A stretch of 64,000 nucleotides of DNA from Bryobacterales bacterium (GTDB lineage Bacteria; Acidobacteriota; Terriglobia; Bryobacterales; UBA6623), in assembly GCA_965226385.1 (NCBI GenBank), contig OZ245359.1, positions 2,315,301-2,379,300 of the forward strand, read 5' to 3'. Position numbers and translations under genes: made by a program. The notes below the pieces were generated by a model. The model made no database searches. It was not told the DNA's origin and worked only from the letters and a program-made list of their open reading frames with translations. Below, one piece after another: positions 1 to 9,830 of this stretch; position 1 is the stretch's first letter, and the number at the start of each line of letters is the position of its first letter.

Positions 1-914
1 AGATCGGGTCCCAACACCGCAGCACTCCGTTCAAGATGAGGGCGATCGAGGCGCTGCAGGGCGGGTTGATCGGAAAGATCCATCAGTCCAGGGGGCTCTG
101 TTACAAGCGCCGGGCGTCGATCGGTAAGAAGCCCGATACACCGACGCCGGCGGGCCTGAACTGGGAAATGTTTCTTGGACCCGCGCCGCTGCGGTCTTTC
201 AACGAACTGCGATTCCGGTACAACTGGCACTGGTTCTGGGACACGGGCAATGGCGATATCGGCAACCAGGGTGTGCATCAAATGGGAGTTGCGCGTTGGG
301 GCATTTCGGAACCCCAGTGGCCCAAGACTGTCCATGCTCATGGCGGCAAGTTCGCCTATGACGACGACCAAGAGACGCCGAATACCTTGACCTCGAATTT
401 CGATTTCGGCGACAGGGAGATGGTGTTTGAAGTCAGAGGATTGTTGACTGGCGCGGAAGGGTCAGTGCCACCGCCGCGCCGCCGCTGGCGTGGTGCTCCA
501 GCTGCTCCCTCTCCTGTGGCGACGGCTCCCAAGGCTAGTGCGCCTCTCAACATCATGATCGGAAACTTGTTCTACGGCTCGGAAGGTTGGGCCGCGATGA
601 ACGACAGGGGCTTCCAGGCCTTCAATGGCGACAGTAATGAACTCGTGATGGAGGAGAGCGCCGAGCAGAGAACTGTGAGCAATCCGACTGCTCTGCATAT
701 GCAGAATTTCCTGGCTGCCTGCCGGTCAAGGAACTACCAGGACTTGCATGACGAGATCGAGATTGCCAACCTGAGTGCGGCGATGTGTCACCTGGCGAAT
801 ATCAGCTATCGTGTCGGCAGACAGTTGGAGCTACAGGACGGGCCGAAGTTTGTCAACGACTCTGAGGCGAATGAGCTGTTGACGCGGGACTATCGAGAGC
901 CGTACGTGGTTTAG
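1..914 (+). CDS. Gfo/Idh/MocA family oxidoreductase (5'-partial)
   Basis: Frame is open from the window edge (IGSQHRS...). Motifs WEMFLGPAP, YNWHWFWDTGNGDIGNQGVHQM, HMQNFLAACRSR and the C-terminal LLTRDYREPY are typical of the family. Confidence 0.85.
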   Translation, partial: IGSQHRSTPFKMRAIEALQGGLIGKIHQSRGLCYKRRASIGKKPDTPTPAGLNWEMFLGPAPLRSFNELRFRYNWHWFWDTGNGDIGNQGVHQMGVARWGISEPQWPKTVHAHGGKFAYDDDQETPNTLTSNFDFGDREMVFEVRGLLTGAEGSVPPPRRRWRGAPAAPSPVATAPKASAPLNIMIGNLFYGSEGWAAMNDRGFQAFNGDSNELVMEESAEQRTVSNPTALHMQNFLAACRSRNYQDLHDEIEIANLSAAMCHLANISYRVGRQLELQDGPKFVNDSEANELLTRDYREPYVV

Positions 915-1417
915 TCCGGCATTCCCAGGTTTTGGGAAAAATTGCAGCTATCGCAAGTCCCTCGCGGATCAGGTGGGCTTTGACAGCGTCTTCGCGACTG
1001 ACTCTTTATAGTGCGGCTTTTTTACGGGATCTTGCCCCGAAATCGGCCATTTCAAGGCTTGTACACGTGTTTGTGGACTTCGGACGGCGTATTCGACTGC
1101 ATCGCTCGGAAAACTGTCTTGGGCTAGTCTGATCAGTCGATATCTATCCCTAGCTCTGTGGCATGAGAAGACCTGGAAAATCCACAGGCTGTTAGCCGTA
1201 ATCAGGTTCAGCTATGGTTGCCGAGCGTTGATTCCTCTTCATCAGGTATAGCCTTCAAGCCTGCAACTCGAACTTGTTGTTGCTTGAATTCGCAGGCTGT
1301 TGGGGGGCTCGTAAGTCCTCGGCTCAGCCCTGCTATCCATCAAAGCTTCATTGAGTTCAGGACCCTGGTTCTTGTGTTAGGATGAAATTTCAGGGTGTCG
1401 TTCAGCATCCCTGCCGC

Positions 1418-1495
1418 GTCCCCATCGTCTAGGCCGGCCTAGGACACCGCCCTTTCACGGCGGCAACGCGGGTTCGAATCCCGCTGGGGACGCCA
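1418..1495 (+). tRNA. tRNA-Glu(TTC)
   Basis: GTCCCC/GGGGAC acceptor stem, anticodon arm CCGCC-CTTTCAC-GGCGG, GGTTCGAATCC T-arm, encoded CCA. Confidence 0.97.
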
Positions 1496-1729
1496 CTTTT
1501 TCCGGTTTAAGTACTTGTATTTCAATATGTTATAGGAATAGATGAGTAATCTACCCCTCACGACGTCCCACAAGGATGCTCGGTTGCCAGCTCCTGCCAG
1601 GATTCCAGCGCCTCGGCCAACAATTCCAGCGCACGCCTGTTTCGGGGAAAATTCTGCTCCGCAACATCGCCGTGCCAAACGCGAAGCACGGACCGCAACA
1701 ACTCTCAAGGTCCTAATTCCCGTGAATTG

Positions 1730-2080
1730 AGGCCCTTGCGGATTGCTCGCGTACACGCTGGAGCACTCCCGCAAAACACGGACCGTGCGGGAGTGACCCC
1801 CACTGCTCCGCCCTTTGCTGAGGGGCGGTCCTTGGCGACCATTAGAGATCGCTACGGCTGCAAACCTCACTGGAGAGGTGGTAGCACCCTTGTGAGGACG
1901 GTGGGTAGCATTCGGAAATGAGGCAACGCGTCGGCCAGAGTAGTTGTCGTCAGCCACACGGAATCGAATCGGTCTCCCGAGCGAACCAGGCCGCAGCCTT
2001 TGACAGGATCTCCCGCGCGTTGCGATCACCCAGTTGCGCCAGTTTCACGACCTGGTCCCGAAACTCCTTCGGGTAGGCCA
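1730..2080 (-). pseudogene. IS3-family transposase remnant (internally deleted orfA plus degraded orfB start)
   Basis: YPKEFRDQVVKLAQLGDR|NAREILSKAAAWFARETDSIP joins the N- and C-terminal motifs of IS3 OrfA. Similar to the copy at 16560-16886. Confidence 0.7.
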
Positions 2081-3090
2081 AGCGGAAAAGAACAAGCCGC
2101 TGGAGCAGCGCAAGACGAACCGCTGGCTGCGCGGCCTGCAACAGTGCGCTGAGTTCGCTGACCAGCTCGACGGCGTACGTCCGGCCGCGGTCATGGACCG
2201 CGAAGCAGATGTGTTTGATCTCTTCGCCGAGCAGCACCGTCTCGGCACGGTCGATCTGTTAGTGCGGGCCAAGCACAACCGTAGCCTCGGCAAGGATCTC
2301 CCGAAGCTCTTCGAGGCTGTGCAGGCAAAGCCGGTACAGGCGCATCTGGAGATGCATGTGGCGCGCAGCTCGGCACGTCGGGAAACCCGTCGACAGAAGG
2401 CGCGCGCGGGGCACAAGGCACGCGAGGCGAAGCTTGCGCTGCGTTGGTGCGCCGTGCAATTGCCAGTGCCGAGCAAGAACTCCTGCCAGGGTCCGGGATC
2501 GCTTCAGCTCAGCCTCGTGCATGTCTGCGAAGAGTCGGCGCCAGACAACCTCGAGCCACTGGAATGGTTCCTGTTGACCTCCTTGCCGGTGACATCCAGG
2601 CAGCAGGCCCTCAAAACCCTCGCATGGTATCGCCTGCGCTGGCGCATCGAAGACTGGCACCGCGTGCTCAAGTCCGGCTGCAAGATCGAATATCTCGGCC
2701 ATCGCACCGGCGAGCGGATTGAGCGGGCAGTGACCATCAATGCAGTCATCGCCTGGCGCCTCACCGCGATGACGCTGCTGGGCCGCGACACGCCCGAGCT
2801 GCCGGCCGACATCCTCTTCTCCGACATCGAGATCATCGCCTTGGAGGACTTCGCCAAAGATCGCAAGCTACCACCGCCCGACAATCTCGGGCGTGCGGTG
2901 CTCACCATGGCCATGCTGGGTGGCTATCTCAACCGCAAACGTGACTCGCCGCCGGGCCACACGAAACTCTGGGAAGGCTATACCCGACTCGCGACTACCG
3001 CACAGACCTACGAGAGACTGCTCAGGCTGGACCGGACCAGCGATTTCTATAAGCGACTGCGTCCCGACAAGACTTGTGGGTAAACGGCAG
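2080..3090 (+). mobile_element. IS4-family (IS50/Tn5 group) element, 5'-truncated transposase (ORF 2034-3083) with intact right end
   Basis: MDREAD (second Asp) and WYRLRWRIEDWHRVLKSG (YREK signature), plus the Tn5 dimerisation region (LGGYLNRKRDSPPG..LWEG). The end at 3072-3090 reads CTGCCGTTTACCCACAAGT on the minus strand, like the Tn5 outside end. The first catalytic Asp region is absent. Confidence 0.85.
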
Positions 3091-3206
3091 CCCGCAACAG
3101 CAGTCCGCCACCATCTGAGCCGAGCTCTCCACCGTCAAATCGACCGACGACTCGCTGCCTTCGCAGGCCCCCAAATTCCAGTCGTTCCGTGGTACACTCT
3201 GTAGTC

Positions 3207-3277
3207 ATAAGGCCGTCGTCCTATCTCGTGGTAAGTTGTTCATATTAAATCAATTATACCACAAGACACGGCCTTAT
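3207..3277. repeat. 71-bp segment bounded by a 10-bp inverted repeat (mini-element scar)
   Basis: ATAAGGCCGT (3207-3216) and ACGGCCTTAT (3268-3277) around an AT-rich core. Confidence 0.45.
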
Positions 3278-3565
3278 ACCCTACCCCTCTTGAGAAATCC
3301 GGGCTAGCCTTCTCATCTATCGTAACCAACGGTCTCTACATGGTCAACGCGCACTCAGGGCGACCCTCAGTGGCCATTAAGAACCAAGTCAATGCACGAA
3401 CTGGGACTGCGGTCTCATGATTCAGCGGGAGGGGAAACATGCTCGACGCCATCGGCACGATGAGCCTATCGCCAAATCACCTCACCAGAGCCTGCCCTAT
3501 GGCTCGGTCCAACCGATCGGTCGGAGCGCCGAAGGAAGGAGATTCAACAGCAGTCGCCCGGAACC

Positions 3566-6291
3566 TCAGAATTCGTAGCGAACAAAGAGCTCGATCCGGC
3601 GCTCTGAGGATAGGGTGCTGGAGATTCGGCCGAATTGGGCCGAACCGATCAATTGAGAGGTCGAGGCATAGAATACCGGGTGGTTAAGGAGATTCTCGAC
3701 TCGCGCTCCTGCCTTCACGAATTGGTTCTCCGTGATCTGCGTCGACTTGCTAACCGCAAAATCAAGGAACAAGCCACTCGGGCCAGAGAAGAACCGCCGC
3801 TGCAGCGATCCCGCTTGCCCAGGACCTGGGTGGGAGAAGACCTGGCCAAGGAACGGGTCCTGGCCGTCTGGAGAAACGCCGCTGTTGTCGCGCGGGTTGA
3901 TCGCGCCCTCGGCGATTATGAATGGCCCGTCGTCGGTCATTCGGAACCGGACTATATGCTCGAGCTGTTGCTTCGTGTACTCAGTGCTCGCCGTGTTCTG
4001 TCTGGAACGGCCCGTACGGTTCACGGTGCCGCGCCGCGACGTAGCGCGGGCGCGCTCCAAATAGGGCTGCGCGAGATCGAGGAATGGGTCGAAGCGGGAC
4101 TGCGGACCGCTCGAATCAGTGAGCACCTTGGAGAACGAGTAGTTCCCTTGGAACTGCACACCCTTGGCTGCTCGCCGCCGCACCTCTAGCTGCAAGCCGT
4201 GGTAGCTGGAGTTCGAATAGTTCGTAACGAGATCCGCGACGTAGGCATCCTGGTTGTGGCGGAAACTGAAATTGGGGCCTACGAGGCCGTTCTCTACATA
4301 GAGGTTAGCCAGGGTGCCAGGCTCGCCCGTCTCGATGCGCCCCTGGACGACGGGGTGCCAAAGGAAGCCGCCGCCGACCAACTGCGGAAAGACTGAGACC
4401 TCCTGGCTGCCCGCGATTTCCGGATTGTACTGGGGATCGAAGGTGCCTGTTGCGTCGTGCGCCAAGTTCCCATTGCTGTGGGCCCTGAGAAAGTCATCAA
4501 GGAATCCGTTCTCCCTGAGGATGAGTTGGTTGTAGTCGAACGCACGCACCAACTTGGTGCCCTTGTTGCCAACGTAACGGGCCTCGACAACAGTGTTCCA
4601 GCCGACCTCGTGCTGCAAGCCGAAGGTCCACTGCTGAACGTAAGGCGCTCGAAAGTTTGGATCGATCGAGAAAATTGCCGAATACGGGTCCAATAACTGG
4701 TTGTCACTGGAACGGCGGGGAACCTTGTATTCCGGCGGATCAATCGACACGGGACCGTCAACGAGAAATGCAGGTAGATTCTGCAATTGGTTCGTGCCTT
4801 GGAGGCCGTCATTGAAGCTAGTCGCGTTCTGTCCGGCTTCGATCATCGCGTCATAGACGTAGTTGATACTGTAGCCCGCTCGCAATGCAGTCTTGCCGTC
4901 TCCAAACACATCCCAGGCGATTCCGATGTTCGGAGCAAGGTTATTACGGTCGGGACGCCACAGTGGACGTCCCGTTTCTCCCCCAGCGAAATCGAATTCC
5001 GCATTTGAGAGCAGCGTTTCGAGCAGCGTTCCATGCTCTTGCAAAGGAAGCAGCATCAGTCCGTCCCTCTCGTCCAGACGTCCGTAGTACTCCCAGCGCA
5101 CCCCGAGATTGACCGTGAAGCGTGGCGTCAGCTTGAGATTATCCTGGAAGTATCCCGCCACCGAATCGTAACGATAGCGTCGCCGGTATTCCTGGCCGCT
5201 GACAAATCCAGACGATGTGTCGCGGACATTGAAGCTCTGGGCGGCCGATCCGACAATTCCCCCCAGCGTCGCCAGCAAGGACCGGGCCGTCCCTAGGCCG
5301 GAAGCCGCAATCCCTCCTGGGAAGAAGGCTCCCGGAAGCTGGTAGGGGCTCTCAACAGAGATACCCAGATCCATCGTCGGAAGGACGCCGAAATGGTTGA
5401 AGCTATTGACACGCACCTGCTCCGCTTCGAAACCGAACAGCAGCGTATGCCGACCGAATTGGTCCATGGCGTTGTCGCGGTAAGAGTAGGTGTCCGTGGC
5501 TCGTCCCTGGGCCTGAAAATTGACGTCTGGGTTTGTGTAGAGTGTTTCGGTCAACCGGTACTGCTCCGGGAAGGCACTGTTCCGGAAATCGCCGGGGGCG
5601 CGATTGAATCCGAAACGCACCTGGTTGGTCCAGCGCGGGCTTGGACTGGTACGCCAACCGACCGACAGGAAATCCGATTGCTGGAAGTCCTTGACTGGGG
5701 GGCTCTCATAGTAGCCCACGCCGATGTCATCGTCGGGCCGGTCGTTGTCCTCCTTGGTGTTCTTGTAGGTGACGGTCACCGCGTCACGCGAAGAAACGTT
5801 CCAGTCGCCGCGGGTGGTCAACGCTCGGCGGTTTCCGTCGTCCCGGGTGAGGAAGCGGTAGCCTGCGGTATTCAGCAAGCGCTCGCTCGAACTGTCGCCC
5901 CTGTCAAAATTGTTGATCTGGTCCGGACCCGGGATCCTGGCCAAGAGTTGCGCCGCGACGGGGTCGTCCTGCAAGCCCTGAAGTTCCAGCACATTGACCT
6001 GCCGCACCGTGCCTCCCAGATCGACGTAGCTGAAGAGCCCTCGGGCCGCGTCTGGTGTCAAGATGGTCGTGTTCTCGAGGAATTGACGGCGGTCGCGCAA
6101 GATCTCGAAGTTGGCAAAGAAGAACACGCGATTCCGGATTGCGGGACCACCGAACGACCCACCGAATTGGTTGATCTTCAATTCCGGCTTGTCGATTTCG
6201 TTCCGGTTTGCGAACCAGTCGTTCGCTGCGAGCTTCTCGTTGCGCGTGTGCCAGTAGGCATTGCCGTGAAACTCCGGGCCTCCCGAACGGG
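3566..6291 (-). pseudogene. TonB-dependent receptor, C-terminal beta-barrel part (gene split by IS)
   Basis: NQFGGSFGGP, TVNLGVRWEYY, NNLAPNIGIAWD..GDGKTALRAGY, APYVQQWTFGLQHE and a C-terminal F. Rejoins 9020-9732 in frame once the IS and one TSD are removed. Confidence 0.9.
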
Positions 6292-6374
6292 CAATGGCAT
6301 TCGTTTAACGGCCAAACAGCATTCGTTTAAGGGTTCAAGGGGAATTCCGGCGCAGCGGGCCGGTTTTTCGCGCT

Positions 6375-8860
6375 TCAGGCTGTGGTTGCAGTTGCGGTTG
6401 CCTTGCTGGACCTCCATTTGCTGGCGGGTTTCCGGGAGAGGCGCGGGAAGGAGCGGTTCGGGCGCTGTCGCTGGCGGCACGCGGCGATGCCGGCGAGGAT
6501 CCGCTCGACGGTCTTGCCCAGCATGGCGGCGTGCTCCAGGAACAGCCCTTCCAGGTGCCGCGCCACAGTGCGCAGGCTGCTCTTGAAGTTCGCCTGCATC
6601 ACCGGCTTGCCCGGGTCGGCCCGGAAGCTCTCCTCACTGTGGTTGGTGAACAGCCGGGCCAGGGCGATCAGACTGAAGTGGGCGAACAGCTCCTGCTGGA
6701 CCGTGCGCTCGGTCTGGCCGTGGAACTCCTCCACCGTCAGCAGCTGCTTGGATATCTTGTACAGTTCCTCGATGCTCCAGCGGCCGTGGTACAGGTCGGC
6801 GAGGTCCCGCACGCTGTAGCGCTGCCGGTCCAGCAGGGTGGTGGCGAGGGTGTAGGTGGTCGTGCCGGCGGTGTACTTGATGAGGCGCACCCGGCAGGGC
6901 TGGAAGGCGGCCTGCGGGCGCTGGCGCAGCGCGTCGGCGCTGGGCGTGACGGTGACCGTGTGATCGGTGCGGTCGCCGAGGATGAAGTCGCGGAACAGGG
7001 CGGAGGCGTTCCGCTGGAGGCGGAAGACGGCCTGCAGGCGGCGTTCGGCGTGGGCGTGCAGCAGCTGGAAGGAGTAGTAACCGCGGTCGTAGACGACGAC
7101 ATCGCCGGGGGCGAGCGCCCGGAGGTGGGCCAGGGCCGCCAGGCGCTCGTTGCCATGGGCGAGCAGGTCGAAGTCGACCGGGATGCGGGAGCGCAGCTGG
7201 TAGAGGCAGCTGAGCAGGCCCTGCGGGTAGTGGGCGTTCGATGAGGGCGTGCGGTAGCCCTCTTGGGCCAGCGGGCGGGGCAGGTTCAGCTTCGAGCCGT
7301 CGACGGCGAAGATCCGGTGGCCGTGCCACAGTTGGCCAGCCGTCTCGCGCGGGGCTTGCTCGAGAATCGCCCGGTGGATACGCCGGAACACGTCGGCGTG
7401 AATCTTGGCGCGGGCCGCGCAGATCGACGAGGCCGACACCGGCTGCGGCTGCGGCAGCGCGACCCCCAGCCGGCGGCACTGCTCCCACAGCTCGGCCAGG
7501 GTCAGGGCATAGCCCTGGCGGTCGGGCGCGAACACCAGCCGGAAGACGAATAGCACCACCAACAGGGTGTTGAGGACCCGCTGCCGCTGCTGCCACTGCC
7601 GGTCGTACTCGCCCGCCACGCGCACCACCGTGCCGATGATGCCCTGCCACAGCTGCACGAAGCGATCCTCGGCCTCCGGCGGCGGCACCAGCTGGCGCGG
7701 CTTGGCCAGCGGGCCTGGCCTGGCCCGTGCAGCAGGATCGTGCGCCAGTCGGGGTGCAGCGGGTAGACGTACACGCCCTTGGGTGTCTTGGCCGGTGCCG
7801 TTCCCCTGGCCTTGCGCCCCTTCGTCATGCCGAGGAACTGCCAGTTGGCTGCCCGGTAGCAGGTCGCCCGGTAGCGCTCCAGGTCAACGAAGGTCTCCAC
7901 CAGCACCGGCCGGTAGCCGTGCCGCTGCTGCCAGTCCTGCGGCAGCTGCTGCAGCGCCAGCCCCAGCGCCTTCGACGCCAGGAACTTGACCTGCACCCAG
8001 GGAAACAAAAGGAACCGGCTGTTGCTGATGACCAGGTCGAGGTGCTTGCGGTGCGCCTGGCCCTGCCAGCCGATCCAGGTGTCGCGGCACTCCAGGTTGC
8101 GGGTGGCGAAGCCGAACAGCAGGCAGCCGAGCTGGCGCCCGTGTCGGTCGCGCAGGAAGTAGCGCAGATGCGCGCCGATGGGCTGGCGGTAGCCCTGGGG
8201 ATGGTAGCGCTCGACCCATTCGTTCCACTCCGCGACAGCCTCCCGCTCGGTCACCGCCTCCAGGGCTAGCGGCGTCAGCTCGGCGAGATCCTCGCGGAGA
8301 GGGGGCTGGGGCGCGGTCCGCTCGCCCGGCGTGATCGGCCTCTGTGGGCCCCGCCCGGGCATAGCGCTGCGGGCTGGCAGGGTCAGGATGCCGAGCCGCT
8401 CCAGCTCCTCAAGCAGGCGCGTTGTTGTTTTTCAGTTTGTTTCAGTGGATTTTACCAAATTATTCCATGAACTCGTCCGGTCGTTGTTCGAATTGGTTCA
8501 CTACTGCAGGAGAGAATTGAGGCCGGGTAAAGGCCCTGTAGAACCGTATGTTTCAGTCAAGCTCGCCACTGTAACTCTTTCCTGCAGTAGTGAACTAATC
8601 CACAAAATTCCTCGGCCTTGCATCGGAATAATCTGAAGAATTTTGTCGAAACAAAGTGAAATACAACACGTCGCCAGATGAATGCGGTTGCTGCCCTTCG
8701 GCGTCTGCCAGCGCAGGTGCTCGCAGATGGTGTGGCCCAGCTCGGTGCGGCTCAGCTTCGGGAACAGCCCCACGGTCTCCTGGATGTCGGCGATCTGCCG
8801 CCGTGTCAGGCGCTTGCCGAAGAATGTCGTGGATTTAAGGTTCTCGATCAGCGGGTCCAT
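6375..8860 (-). pseudogene. HTH + DUF4338 (DruA-like) + IS4 DDE transposase fusion, broken by a MITE and a 5-bp duplication
   Basis: ORF pieces 8501-8860, 7502-8362 and 6375-7688 join into 743 aa. DUF4338 motifs LRYF, RDTWIGW, NSRFLLFPWV, YRPVLVETFVD and CYRAANW. DDE motifs AVDGS, YDRGY and YHGRWSIEELYKISK. Confidence 0.85.
8423..8668. mobile_element. 246-bp MITE, TG...CA ends, 3-bp TSD
   Basis: 21-bp terminal IR TGTTGT(T/A)TTTCA(G/C)TTTGTTTC, with CGT duplicated at 8420-8422 and 8669-8671. Removing it restores the frame ...RIHLATRLLEELERLG... Confidence 0.9.
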
Positions 8861-9019
8861 CGGGTAGCTCCCAGTACTCCATACCTAGGGTGGCAAACTG
8901 GGGCGCAAAAGTCAAGCGCTTCGGCAGAAAAAGTTGAGGGAGGCGTATCCTTTTGAAAATCAACAACCTATCGGTCCACCAACGGGTTATCTACCGGATT
9001 ATCTATGCGAATGCCATTG

Positions 9020-9732
9020 CCCGAACGGGTGGTAAAATTCACTTGGGAGGCCCCCCCGCCGACAGCGGGCGAACCATTTTGCGAGGTTACGGTGAATTCC
9101 GCAACTTGATCGAGCAACGTACGACTGGACAGATAGTCGAGGCCGTTGGAGCGGATGAAGTTGTCCTGGATGCTGACGCCGTCCAAGGTCACCTTCGAAA
9201 ACGTCGGGCGCTGTCCGTTGATCACGGTATCCCAGGCCCCGGAATAGGCAACTCCGGCCTGGAGGCGTACAAAACTGAGCGGGTCCCGGCCAATCAGGGG
9301 CAATTCCGCGATCTGGTCGGATGTCACTACTGACGTGACTTCGGCATTCGTGGTCTGGACCTGACTAACGCCACCTTCCACCACGATGACCTCCGATGCA
9401 GCACCGAGTTCCAGCACGATTGGCGGCAACGATGTCTCGCGGGCGACATCGACCTTCTGCGCTTCTACCGTGTAGGCCTTGAAGCCTTCTGCGACGACTT
9501 CAACTGTGTAGTAGCCAGGCAAGAGCAAAACCGCCAGGAATCCCCCGGCGGTATTCGTTTGGAGTTCGAGCGCAGCTCCTGTAGCGTCGCTGCGGACCGT
9601 TACCTCAGCTGCGGGGATCGCGGCCCTGGATGGATCCAGCACCGTGCCCGCCAATCGCCCTGTGCTCGATTGGGCGTTCGCAAGAGCGGCCGCTAGGACC
9701 GCAATGAGGAGGGCATGAACGAGTCTTGTCAT
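9020..9732 (-). pseudogene. TonB-dependent receptor, N-terminal part (signal peptide, carboxypeptidase-regulatory-like domain, plug)
   Basis: Signal peptide, then GRLAGTVLDPS.AAIP.AEV, LLPGYYTVEV.AEGFK, LPLIGRD and EFTVTSQN...VNFTTRSG. Confidence 0.9.
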
Positions 9733-9830
9733 GGCGATTTCATAGTTCTACCACTTCCGCCGGAGGCAAATGTAATGGGTTTGATAAATCATGTAAATAA
9801 CTTTGTAAAAGACGGCGGCATCCGCACGAT

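Larger units (their letters stand above)
6292..9019 (-). mobile_element. Complete 2728-bp IS4-family element with 12-bp terminal IRs and 10-bp TSD
   Basis: IRs CAATGGCATTCG (6292-6303) and CGAATGCCATTG (9008-9019). Target duplication CCCGAACGGG at 6282-6291 and 9020-9029. Confidence 0.93.

Noticed and set aside
930-1410. Intergenic stretch with TTGACA/TATAGT, DnaA-box-like words and an imperfect hairpin (1258-1298)
   Set aside because: The promoter spacing is 21 bp, the boxes are poor matches, and no ncRNA or oriC can be supported.
1439-2029. 196-aa minus-strand ORF ending in WRPQRDSNPRCRRERAVS
   Set aside because: This is the antisense translation of the tRNA plus IS3 debris.
5393-7650. 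Long alternative-frame and antisense ORFs over the receptor and transposase (e.g. 5393-6586, 6634-7650; likewise 14144-15262 and 14332-15246)
   Set aside because: Shadow ORFs of GC-rich coding sequence, with no motifs and low-complexity R/A/G/P translations.
7502-8362. A complete Druantia defence system
   Set aside because: Only the DruA-like domain is present and it lies inside IS ends. No DruE helicase or other partner genes.
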